A stretch of DNA of 47,665 nt from a candidate division WOR-3 bacterium (GTDB taxonomy: Bacteria; Hydrothermota; Hydrothermia; LBFQ01), in the NCBI GenBank assembly GCA_027002825.1, contig JALWZG010000072.1, positions 1 through 47,665 on the forward strand, written 5' to 3'. The notes under the pieces are model-generated. The model saw only the letters and a program-made list of their open reading frames with translations. It was not told where the DNA came from and made no database searches. Below are positions 18,581-27,528 of this stretch, in pieces. The translations under genes were made by a program, and so were the position numbers. The first letter of the stretch is position 1. Every line of letters starts with the position of its first letter.

Positions 18581-19332
18581 TTTGTCATGGTCGTATCTTT
18601 TGGATCCCTCTCTATGCGCTTCACCACACCCGTGTAGGGTGTCCACCAGTAATGGGAGCTGAGGTAAACGCTCCCCGCGCCGCCCACAAGCTCAAGGACT
18701 ATGGTGTAAACGACCTCCTGAGAGCATACCGGTTGGGAGTTGACCTCCAGTGTGGTCGTATCCTTTACGACGGCTATGAGCCTGTACCTTATGGTGTCGG
18801 CCGCCGTATCCCCTATGTAGTCCGCCGGTGGTAGTGTGTCCCAATCCGTACTCACGCTATCACCGCTCTTCAGGGGATACCAGGCGAAGGGGGCCTCTAT
18901 CCTCAGCAGGACGGTATCCGTGATCAGCTTTATGGTCCTGTTTATCCTCATGTAAAGGGTGTCGTTCTGTAGGAAGACGTAAACCGTGTCCTCCTGACCG
19001 TCGTAAGGACCACCGGAGTAGTAGGTCACCCACGTGCTGTCGTCAACCATCCTGACGTCCTCGGACCACGTGTTCCCCGTGGGAGAGGTTATGCTGTCCT
19101 TGGACGTGTCCCGACCCGTCCCCTCTATCACGTTGTAGGTCCAGAGGGCGTTTACGACAAGGGGAAAATACCCCGCACGTCCCGTATCCGGACACGATAT
19201 GACGGAGACCGTGCTGTCCGAATCCGTAGCGGATGTGCAGAGGGGGGATTCGGGGTAATCGCTACAGAAATCCTTGTCGCACCCCAAAAGGGCGCTTACG
19301 GCCAAAAAACCCAAAAGAAGACGTTTTAACAT
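18541..19332 (-). CDS. Lipoprotein of unknown function
   Basis: MLKRLLLGFLAVSALLG-C lipobox; YFPL..N..WTY and WWTPYTGVVKR; Thr/Asp-rich. Confidence 0.8.
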   Translation of the reverse strand: MLKRLLLGFLAVSALLGCDKDFCSDYPESPLCTSATDSDSTVSVISCPDTGRAGYFPLVVNALWTYNVIEGTGRDTSKDSITSPTGNTWSEDVRMVDDSTWVTYYSGGPYDGQEDTVYVFLQNDTLYMRINRTIKLITDTVLLRIEAPFAWYPLKSGDSVSTDWDTLPPADYIGDTAADTIRYRLIAVVKDTTTLEVNSQPVCSQEVVYTIVLELVGGAGSVYLSSHYWWTPYTGVVKRIERDPKDTTMTKWLQKDLLNFTLP

Positions 19333-19342
19333 CCAACGTTTA

Positions 19343-20734
19343 TTATAAGGGGGATTCCTCTCCCCTTTTGTACCTCTCGACCAGGTCCTTCAGGACCTCA
19401 AGTGCTTCCTCCCGTGTTCTCACCTTACCCTCCGCCCTCAACTCCTCTATCTCGTTCAAGATCCTCTTGTAAACCGGACCGGGTGGTAGTCCCATGGCCT
19501 TGATATCGTGGCCGGTCACCAACCTCGGAGGTCTGTTGGCCTCCGCCTCAAGGTCCCTCAGCAACCTCTCCAACTTCCTCGCCAGTCTCAGCTGACCCGC
19601 AACCCCTTCCGCCCTCAGGGGTGTGGCAAGGGCGTCGGCGTAGGCCAGCAGTATGATGGGAAAGGCCCATTCCCCCGTCCTCCTGTGAAACCTGAAAAGC
19701 GCCCTCCTGGTCACGTCCGGTGTGGCGAGGAGATGGGGGTGCATATGCTCCGCTATGATCAGGGCGACGGTGTCCGTGAGGTCCTTGCTCATCCTGAGCC
19801 TGCGACCTATTCTCCTGAAGATCTTTGAACCTATGTAATCATGGCCGTGGAAGGAGATCTCGCCGTTTTCGTCCATTCTGTACGTGGCCGGCTTTCCGAC
19901 ATCGTGGAACATGGTTCCGAGGACGAGGGCAAACCTCCCCTCCGCCCTCTTCAGGACGTCCAACCTGTGAAGGTAATACGTGAAAGGTCCGTCCTCCAGG
20001 GTGTTCAGGGCGACGTTCAACCTCCTCAAGGCCAAAAGGGTGTGCGACCAAACGTCCGTTTCAAGGCCTTTAAGGGGCCTCCTCAGATCCTCAAGCTCCG
20101 GAAATATGTAAAAGAGGAGGTGCGTCTCCGCCATGGCGGAAACGGCCCCGTAGAAGTTCTCCGAGGAGAGTATGAGCCGCAGCTCGTAGACTATACGCTC
20201 AGGGGATACCCCATCTATCAGGCTGCTGTTCTCCCTTACGGCGAAGAGGGTGCGATGCTCCACCTTGAAGTTGAGGGTTGAGGCGAACCTGAAGACCCTG
20301 AGCATCCTGAGGGGGTCCTCTTTCAAATTCCTCTCGGATGTCATCCGGACAACCCCACCTTTTATGTCCTCAACACCGCAGAAGGGGTCTATGATCCTCC
20401 AGTCGGACAGGGAGACGGCTATGGAGTTGATGGTCAGGTCCCTCTTCATGAGGTCGTCGTATATGCTCCCGTCTATGCGTGTAAAGTCTATCTGCTCTCC
20501 GTCTATTACGACCCTGTATATCCCGAACTCCTCACCAAGGGGTACAAACACCCCCCCCATGTGTCGGGCCATAAGGCGGGCGACTTCCTCGGGTTGCCAG
20601 ACGGCGAAGTCCCAATCCTTTGGGACCTTTCCCATGAGGAGATCCCTTACACTTCCACCCACCAAAAACGCGTCGGCCGGAACCCACTGAAACCACGGTT
20701 TTGAGGAGAGGAGACCCTTTATCACCTCAACCAT
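19343..20734 (-). CDS. Class II tRNA nucleotidyltransferase with HD domain (probably CC-adding type)
   Basis: VGGSVRD..G...DWDF, DDLMKRDLTINS, EDPLRMLRVFRF, ERI..EL, HTL...FHDVGKP. Confidence 0.9.
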   Translation of the reverse strand: MVEVIKGLLSSKPWFQWVPADAFLVGGSVRDLLMGKVPKDWDFAVWQPEEVARLMARHMGGVFVPLGEEFGIYRVVIDGEQIDFTRIDGSIYDDLMKRDLTINSIAVSLSDWRIIDPFCGVEDIKGGVVRMTSERNLKEDPLRMLRVFRFASTLNFKVEHRTLFAVRENSSLIDGVSPERIVYELRLILSSENFYGAVSAMAETHLLFYIFPELEDLRRPLKGLETDVWSHTLLALRRLNVALNTLEDGPFTYYLHRLDVLKRAEGRFALVLGTMFHDVGKPATYRMDENGEISFHGHDYIGSKIFRRIGRRLRMSKDLTDTVALIIAEHMHPHLLATPDVTRRALFRFHRRTGEWAFPIILLAYADALATPLRAEGVAGQLRLARKLERLLRDLEAEANRPPRLVTGHDIKAMGLPPGPVYKRILNEIEELRAEGKVRTREEALEVLKDLVERYKRGEESPL

Positions 20735-21960
20735 ATGAACCTTTCGCTGTAAAAGATGCCGTTTATCCTGACACGGACGAAGTACACCCCTCTGTGGGCG
20801 ACCTTTCCGTCCGAGGTCCTACCATCCCAGAAAACCTTAAAGGCCCCCCTACGGAAACCCGAATACACCGTCCTCACAACCTTGCCCGTGAAGTTGAGGA
20901 TCTCCACTTCAACCCTTGAAGGCCGGTCCAGCTTGACGTATATCTCAACCCCGTCCCCCCTGTAGGAGACGGATATGGGTTTTTCGCTCAGTATGTACCC
21001 GGCGAGGTCGTACCCGTCCGTCCCGGATATCTGGAGCGTGAACTCCCTTCCGCCGTAGATCACCGTGTAGCTTCCCTCCTTCACGGGGAACACACCTTCA
21101 ACCGTGGAATTCATAAGGTTTAACGCGGTGACGTACACCGAGGACGAACCCGATTTCAGGATGTAGGGGGAGGAGAACTTTATAAACGGTCGGTTTATGG
21201 GGAAAAGGTTCAGGTTTCTGCGGCCGTAGACGGCGAAAAGCGAGTTGTTGAAGGCGGCAAGTCCCACCGCCCTGCTCTCCCCGTGGGCTACGCCGTTTAT
21301 GTAAAGCACCTCGTTGGCGATCTTGAGCTCCACGTCGGCCACGACCGTCCTCGGATAATACGAGGATTTGAAATCAACGTGCGGTTTCCCACCCCCGAAG
21401 CTTATAGCGCCGTACTCCGTATAAACCCTTTCATCCCCGCATACGACGAAGGATGAACCGAAAGATAAGGTGTCCACGGCTTCGGGTGATATGATGAGGG
21501 TTGAAACGTCGGATACGGCCAGAAGCCTCTCCTCTCCCCCTACACCGCATACGGTCAGGTCGCGCGCGCCCTCCAAGACGAGGGAGAGATTCCCATCCCT
21601 CAGGACAAACATGCCCTCGCGGGAGAGGAGGTAGATCCCACCGTTAAAGGCGTAGGCTTTGGAGTAGTCTCCGGTTATCTCCTTCTGTTCAACCTCCCAC
21701 GTATGAACGTTGAAAACGACCACGGGGGAAACCAGGTCCTCAAGCGTCAGCAGAAGGTGGCCTTCGGAATGGGTTGATATGTGAAGGACGGGCGCTTTGA
21801 CCGACTTAACCTCTTCCGGTCGGGACCCCTTACCCATGCGATAAAGTCCTTTGGAGGTTCCGAGGAATATCTCGCTTTCCCCGTCCCCGTTCGCGTCCAC
21901 GGAGGCTATGGCGTTTATTTCACCTATCTCCCAACTTGAGAGGATGAAAAACGCGAGCAT
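20722..21960 (-). CDS. Exported protein with C-terminal FlgD-Ig/T9SS-type domain
   Basis: DANGDG loop near the N-terminus; C-terminal ILNFTGKVVRT...WDGR..DG....GVYFVRV. Confidence 0.75.
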   Translation of the reverse strand: MLAFFILSSWEIGEINAIASVDANGDGESEIFLGTSKGLYRMGKGSRPEEVKSVKAPVLHISTHSEGHLLLTLEDLVSPVVVFNVHTWEVEQKEITGDYSKAYAFNGGIYLLSREGMFVLRDGNLSLVLEGARDLTVCGVGGEERLLAVSDVSTLIISPEAVDTLSFGSSFVVCGDERVYTEYGAISFGGGKPHVDFKSSYYPRTVVADVELKIANEVLYINGVAHGESRAVGLAAFNNSLFAVYGRRNLNLFPINRPFIKFSSPYILKSGSSSVYVTALNLMNSTVEGVFPVKEGSYTVIYGGREFTLQISGTDGYDLAGYILSEKPISVSYRGDGVEIYVKLDRPSRVEVEILNFTGKVVRTVYSGFRRGAFKVFWDGRTSDGKVAHRGVYFVRVRINGIFYSERFIWLR

Positions 21961-21961
21961 T

Positions 21962-23719
21962 TCACTTCAGCTGTTGGACGAACTGCTCCATCTGGCTCGC
22001 CTCTTTGCCCTTACCCGCCGCCCTGTACAGCTTGGCGGCGTTCTGGAAGGCGGTTATGGCGTTGGCCTTGGCGGTCTCGTCCCCGGCCTCGTACTTCTTG
22101 TAGTAGGAGAAGCCGAGGAACTTGTAGGCGTCGGCGAGCTTGTCGGATCTGGTATAGGTCTGGACGAACCGTGTGAGGTAGGTGATGGCGTTGTCGTAGT
22201 CCTTCTTGGCGAAGTGGGCCAGGGCGAGGAGGTAGAGGGCGTTCTCGGCGTCCTCACCGTTGGGGTACTTCTGGACGTACTCCGAGAAGTGCTGTATGGC
22301 CTTGTCGTACTCCTTCATCTGGTAGGCGATGTAGCCGGCGTTGAAGGTGGCCTTGGGGGTGTACTGGCTGTTGGGGAAGAGCCTGACGAACTCCTCAAAG
22401 AGCTTAAGGGCCTTGGGGTAGGCCCCCTGTTTGTAGGCGGCGAGGGCCTTGTTGAAGACGGCCTCCGCCCCCACCTCGGATTTCACGTACTGGGCCACCT
22501 CCGGCTTTTCCGCTATGAGGGCCTGGAGGAGTTTCTTCACCTTCTCGGCGTCCTTGTGGCCGGGGTACTCCCGTAGGAACTGGTCCCAAACTTCGGCCGC
22601 CCTCCTGTAGTCCTTCAGCCTGTAATACACCTTACCGAGGAGTTCAAGGACGGCCGGCCTGTCCTCACCCTCAGGGTACCTCTTCAGGTAGTACTCCAGC
22701 TTTTCCTTTGCCTTCTCGTAGCTGCCGGCCTGATAGAGGAGCTGGCCGAGGTAGGCGACCAACTTGGCGGATCTGGGGTCGTCGGGGAAGAACTGGATGA
22801 ACCTCTCAAACCTCTGCTGGGCCTTGGTCATCTGGCCGCTCTCGTAGGCCTTCATACCGGGTTTGTAGAAGAGGATCTCACCCACGAGGGGGTTGCTGAC
22901 CTTCACGTTGGGCGCGAGGGCTATGTTGTCTCCGTACTTCTTCTCAACATATGCGAGGGAGGCGAGAATGGTGTCCTTCAAAAAGGGATAGCCCGCCAGG
23001 GCCTTCTCGTACTGCTGGATAGCCTTGGGATAATCCCCGTACTCGGCGTACCACTCGGCGAGTATGATCTCAAACCTCGGTTTCCGTGGGTGTCCCCTCT
23101 CTATGAGCTTTTTCAGCTCCGTTATGGCCTTGAAGAGCTCTCCCTTCTTCCTGTAGGCGAAAACCTTTAGCACGGCAGCCTCGTTCGCCTTTTTGGTGTT
23201 GGGAAACTTCTTCTGCAGGAGATCCACGTAGCGCACAACCTTATCGTAGGAGCCGTTCATGTAGGCGGAGAGGGCGGCAAAGTAAAGGGCGTCCCTGTAC
23301 ACGTCCTCGTATTCCGGGTAGCGGGTTAAGGCGCTGAAGTACCTCTGGGCCTTCAGGTACTTGCCCTTGTTGTAGTACGCGATCCCCAAACCCATGTATA
23401 CGGGTATTATGAAGGGTTTTCTGCCACCGCTCAGTATCTCGGCCTTTTTCAAGGTGTCTATGGCCTCGCTGTACCTTCCGAGATGGATCAGGGTCCATCC
23501 GTTCCCGATGAAGCCGGCCAACCGCTTCCCCATCGCCTCCGTGTTGTTTATGAGGTCCTCGTACATTCCCTTCGCCCTCTCGTAGTTTCCGGAGTAGTAC
23601 AGCCTTTCGGCCTGTGCGACGAGCGATCCGTACTTGCTGGCAAAGAGATCGGGCAGGGGCTTTTTGTATCCTGTTATCTTGGTAGGTATGAGCGACGACA
23701 CCAAAAAGATGCTCAACAT
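21962..23719 (-). CDS. Periplasmic TPR-repeat protein (BamD/CpoB-like repeats)
   Basis: Many TPRs of the type A...F..F...YP.S....A.Y..G. Start moved to ATG 23719, which avoids the mtaB overlap and has TAGAAT 10 nt upstream. Confidence 0.85.
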   Translation of the reverse strand: MLSIFLVSSLIPTKITGYKKPLPDLFASKYGSLVAQAERLYYSGNYERAKGMYEDLINNTEAMGKRLAGFIGNGWTLIHLGRYSEAIDTLKKAEILSGGRKPFIIPVYMGLGIAYYNKGKYLKAQRYFSALTRYPEYEDVYRDALYFAALSAYMNGSYDKVVRYVDLLQKKFPNTKKANEAAVLKVFAYRKKGELFKAITELKKLIERGHPRKPRFEIILAEWYAEYGDYPKAIQQYEKALAGYPFLKDTILASLAYVEKKYGDNIALAPNVKVSNPLVGEILFYKPGMKAYESGQMTKAQQRFERFIQFFPDDPRSAKLVAYLGQLLYQAGSYEKAKEKLEYYLKRYPEGEDRPAVLELLGKVYYRLKDYRRAAEVWDQFLREYPGHKDAEKVKKLLQALIAEKPEVAQYVKSEVGAEAVFNKALAAYKQGAYPKALKLFEEFVRLFPNSQYTPKATFNAGYIAYQMKEYDKAIQHFSEYVQKYPNGEDAENALYLLALAHFAKKDYDNAITYLTRFVQTYTRSDKLADAYKFLGFSYYKKYEAGDETAKANAITAFQNAAKLYRAAGKGKEASQMEQFVQQLK

Positions 23720-23732
23720 ACCACTTTCAATT

Positions 23733-24959
23733 CTAAGGGTGAAACACCCCTGAACTTCCAAAGGTTTCGCTCCGCGCCATGAGAACTCCGGTTCCACGAT
23801 CCTCCGTTATACGCACGGGTAGTACTTCGCCAAGGAGGGAAGGCTCACCCTCAAACATCACCTTCAGGTAGTTCTCGGTCGTGCCGTAAAGCATATTTCC
23901 TTCATGTTTCTCCACATAGGCGTTGAGAACCCTTCCCAGAAATCTCGTGCGATACTCCTTTCTCTTCCGGCCTATTAGCGATTGTATGCGGCGCATCCTC
24001 TCCTTCCTGACCCCGGCGGGAACTTCCTTGAAGGCGTAGGCCTCGGTTCCGGGACGTGGGGAGTACTCAAAGGCGTGGACGTAGGCGAAGGGATACCTCT
24101 CTATGAGGTCCAGCGTATCCTCAAAGTCCTCGTCGCTCTCGCCGGGAAACCCCACGATCACGTCCGTCCCCACGGCGGCATCCGGAAGGTGGGAGTAGAT
24201 CAGACGGAGTTTCCTCTCGTAAAACTCACGGGTGTAGGGTCTCTTCATGAGCCTCAGGACCCTGTCGCTTCCGCTCTGAACGGAGACGTGCAGGTGAGGA
24301 CATACGTTTTCCCTCTCGGCCATCAGCCGCAGGAGCTTTTCGGTTATGTGAACGGGGGAGATGGAGGATAGCCTAAACCTGATGTGCGGAAATTCGTATG
24401 TCAAAACGTCAAGGAGATCCACCAGGTCCATGCCCCACTCCTTCCCCCAATCCCCTATCTGTATCCCCGTGAGGGTTATCTCCTTGGTGATCCTTGAGAG
24501 GTTGCGGGCCTCATCAACTATCCTTTGCAGGGGAAAGCTGCGGGATCTACCCCTGGCGACCTTTATTATGCAGTAGGTGCAGGCGAAATCGCACCCCTCC
24601 TGAACCTTCAGGATTCCCCTCGCCCTTGAAAACGTATTTATAAGCGTCCTTTCGTTTATACCCAGGAATCTCAGGACCTCCTCAACGGATCCGGAGAACG
24701 TGGCCTCATCGTAAGGGTTTACCTTTGCGGCACATCCCGTGTATAAGACCTCTTTACCCCTGCGAAGGTGTCTTCTGACCTCTCTTCTGCTCTCCCTCTC
24801 CGCCTTGTGGGTGACGGCGCAGGAGTTCACGACCACAAGGTCGGCCTCTTCGGGGTCGTCAACAACCACAAACCCGCCACGCACCAGATGGCTCTTCAGA
24901 AGCTCGCTATCGTACTGGTTGCTCCTGCAACCGAAGGTCTTTACGAAAACCCTCCTCAA
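23733..24959 (-). CDS. mtaB: tRNA t6A37 methylthiotransferase (radical SAM)
   Basis: TFGCRSNQYDS, NSCAVT, TGC, KVQEGCDFACTYC, HLHVSVQSGSD.VL..M.R, YSPRPGT, TRAM-like end. Confidence 0.9.
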   Translation of the reverse strand: MRRVFVKTFGCRSNQYDSELLKSHLVRGGFVVVDDPEEADLVVVNSCAVTHKAERESRREVRRHLRRGKEVLYTGCAAKVNPYDEATFSGSVEEVLRFLGINERTLINTFSRARGILKVQEGCDFACTYCIIKVARGRSRSFPLQRIVDEARNLSRITKEITLTGIQIGDWGKEWGMDLVDLLDVLTYEFPHIRFRLSSISPVHITEKLLRLMAERENVCPHLHVSVQSGSDRVLRLMKRPYTREFYERKLRLIYSHLPDAAVGTDVIVGFPGESDEDFEDTLDLIERYPFAYVHAFEYSPRPGTEAYAFKEVPAGVRKERMRRIQSLIGRKRKEYRTRFLGRVLNAYVEKHEGNMLYGTTENYLKVMFEGEPSLLGEVLPVRITEDRGTGVLMARSETFGSSGVFHP

Positions 24960-24991
24960 GTTTCAATTGTAAGGCGGTTTTACGCCCGGCT

Positions 24992-26698
24992 TTACCTCAC
25001 CAGAACCCTTACAAACCTGCCTCCGACCCTCACGAAGTATATCCCTTTCCCCATACGGGCAACCCTCCTCCCGGACGGATCGTAGATCTCCTCCCATCCC
25101 ACTTTGATGTCTCTGGCCTCATAGACCCGGAGCCCATCCCCCTCTCCGAGGGGAAGGGGCAGGGGATAGTTGTGGGAGAATTCAGACGTGTTTCCGGAGT
25201 TATCCCTGCTCAGGGCCGTCAGGTAAAGGCCGCCGCTGGACCAGTCGGGGCCTGTGCTGTCAACCTTGACGTTGAGGGTGAAGGTCTGGGCCAACACGGG
25301 CACGGCGGATATGAAGGCTCCACCCTCCCCGTGGCCGTGAGTTTCACCGAGGCAGTTCTGGTTATCGCGGGTTGAGACCACGTATATCTCAACGGAATCC
25401 GCTCCCGTGTACGCCCTTCCCCACACGAGCAGGAAGGTATCTCCCGCGGATACGAGCACATCGGCCGAGTCTATGTAGGGGTAGTCTATCAGGCCGTTGG
25501 GATAACCCGTTGTGAAGGCGTTGTCGTTGCACGTCACCCCATCGCCGGCCGATCCCGACGCCCCTGAGGGGTCAAGATCTATGGCGAGGCCTCCGTTGTT
25601 GGAGAAGTAATTGCGCGATACGAGGACCATTTTGGAATTCCCTCCCTTCCTTCCGACACCCACACCCGGGCCGGGCAGGTGCCATCCGTTATCGTAAATC
25701 CTGTTGTGCGTTATATAAACGCCGGCGGAGCCTCCGTCAACGAAGATCCCTTTCGTTCCGTTGTTGTAGATGGTGTTCTCGGTTATGGTTATGTTCTCGG
25801 CGTTGTACCTGACCTCTACACCTGCACCGAAAACCCTTTTATCGGTTGCCGTGGGATGATCCGAGGAGTGTATCAGGTTGTGTCTGAGGGTGACGTTGTT
25901 GAAGTAGACGTTTAGATTGTCCCCCTTGTTGAAGTTCCAAGCGCTGGCGAAGACCTCCGAGGAGTCAAGGACCCAACCAGAGGAGGAATTCGCTGATGTG
26001 CTTCCGAACTTCACACCGTGGGCGCCGCAGAATCCGACGTAGAGTCTCGTGAGCTTTCCGGAGGTGTTTTGATCCACAAAGACGCAGTCGGAACGGGTTG
26101 AGTCCACGGGCTCGCTCCCGTCCGCAGGAATACCCACGAAGAGGTTTTCCAGACGCACGTTATGGTTTCCGGGTCTGACCCTTATAACCTGACTTCCCGA
26201 ACTCCCACCTCCGTTGAAGAAGGCCATACCCCTGATCTGGACGTCGGAGGAGTTTATCTCAAGGAGGCCGAAGGTGTTGGATTTCCCGTTGAGGTCTATC
26301 TCTATCTCCGGACAGGGGAAGTATCCGAGGGTGGCCCCAAGGGTTCCCACGCTTCTGCTCTCGGAGTTCATGACGCCCGTCCAACCGGCGGAGTCGGGGG
26401 CGGCCCTGTAAGAGGGATGGCAGAGGTTGGTGTTGCCCCGGTTGAGGGTCTGACTCCACCCGTCTATTAAGAGGGGGTCGGTGATGGTCGGGAGCTTTGA
26501 GGAGAGGGTTATCCTCCACCAGCAGTTCCCCGAGGAGCATACGTGTCCGGGATCGGATGGGGGTATGTTGAAGACCACGGTGTCCTTACCGGGATGGGAG
26601 TTGGCCTGATTTATGGCCCATCGGAGGGTGCCCACGGCACCGTTGTCCGCCGTCTTATCCACAACATAGGTATGGGACAGGATAAAAATCGCCATCAT
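24992..26698 (-). CDS. Exported right-handed beta-helix protein with T9SS-like C-terminal sorting domain
   Basis: GTLRWAI.QAN..PG.DT..FNIP N-cap, Asn/Gly ladder repeats, GLAIDL, GNTSEFS, C-terminal IYDPSGRRV...KGIYFVR. Confidence 0.82.
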   Translation of the reverse strand: MMAIFILSHTYVVDKTADNGAVGTLRWAINQANSHPGKDTVVFNIPPSDPGHVCSSGNCWWRITLSSKLPTITDPLLIDGWSQTLNRGNTNLCHPSYRAAPDSAGWTGVMNSESRSVGTLGATLGYFPCPEIEIDLNGKSNTFGLLEINSSDVQIRGMAFFNGGGSSGSQVIRVRPGNHNVRLENLFVGIPADGSEPVDSTRSDCVFVDQNTSGKLTRLYVGFCGAHGVKFGSTSANSSSGWVLDSSEVFASAWNFNKGDNLNVYFNNVTLRHNLIHSSDHPTATDKRVFGAGVEVRYNAENITITENTIYNNGTKGIFVDGGSAGVYITHNRIYDNGWHLPGPGVGVGRKGGNSKMVLVSRNYFSNNGGLAIDLDPSGASGSAGDGVTCNDNAFTTGYPNGLIDYPYIDSADVLVSAGDTFLLVWGRAYTGADSVEIYVVSTRDNQNCLGETHGHGEGGAFISAVPVLAQTFTLNVKVDSTGPDWSSGGLYLTALSRDNSGNTSEFSHNYPLPLPLGEGDGLRVYEARDIKVGWEEIYDPSGRRVARMGKGIYFVRVGGRFVRVLVR

Positions 26699-26747
26699 CT
26701 CTACCGGTGGTATTCTAAGGGGGATTCTCCCGTAGGATAAAAGGGTT

Positions 26748-27485
26748 ATGAAGTTGGAAGGAAAGGTGGTGCTTTTAACCGGTGCGACGGGGGGTATAGG
26801 TTGGGAGATCCTGAGGCTTTTGGTTAAGGAGAGGGCAAAGGTCGTGGCCGTGGGTAGGGATGAGGGTAGGTTGAGGGAGATTTCCGAGATTTTCCCTACG
26901 GTTAAACCCGTTCAGGCCGATCTCCGGGACGAAAGACAGAGGGCCGAAATCGTATCCATGGCGGTGGAGGGGGTCGGTGGTGTTGACGTCCTCATAAACA
27001 ACGCCGGGTACGGTATGTACGGTGATTTCAGGGGTATGGGCCTGGAGGATATGAAGGCCCTCTTTGAGGTCAACTTCTGGTCGGCGGTGGATCTTACAAG
27101 GAAGGTTTTACCCTTTATGGGGGAGGGAGGGGTGATAGCAAACGTCGTGAGTATGATAGCCTTCGTCCCCCTTAAGTACTGGGCGGTGTACGCCGCCAGC
27201 AAGTCGGCCATGAGGTCTTTCTTCATGGCGATAAGGGAGGAGGTCAGGGGTGAGGGCATAAGGGTGATAAACGTATACCCTCCCGTTGTGAACACCCCGT
27301 TCTTTGACAAGGCTAAGGGTGTTCCACCCACAAGGAGAAAGGGTGTTCCACCGGAGAGGGTGGCGAAGGTGCTGATAGACGCCATAAAGAAGGGGAGGCA
27401 GGAGGTGTTTCTGTCTTTCTGGGACGCCCTCCTGGCCCATCTCGGTTTCCTTTTGGGGCCGCTTAGCGTCCGACTCATAACGTGA
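26748..27485 (+). CDS. Short-chain dehydrogenase/reductase
   Basis: TGATGGIG, NNAG, YAASK. Confidence 0.95.
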   Translation: MKLEGKVVLLTGATGGIGWEILRLLVKERAKVVAVGRDEGRLREISEIFPTVKPVQADLRDERQRAEIVSMAVEGVGGVDVLINNAGYGMYGDFRGMGLEDMKALFEVNFWSAVDLTRKVLPFMGEGGVIANVVSMIAFVPLKYWAVYAASKSAMRSFFMAIREEVRGEGIRVINVYPPVVNTPFFDKAKGVPPTRRKGVPPERVAKVLIDAIKKGRQEVFLSFWDALLAHLGFLLGPLSVRLIT

Positions 27486-27528
27486 TCTTCCCCTCCTGAG
27501 GGTGGGTGAGGACGATAGGGCTTGAGGG

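Noticed and set aside
17198-18637. 479-aa plus-strand ORF, and similar long antisense ORFs at 21851-22576, 15539-16243 and 26912-27640
   Set aside because: Shadow ORFs of real minus- or plus-strand genes caused by high GC3 codon bias; no motifs of their own.
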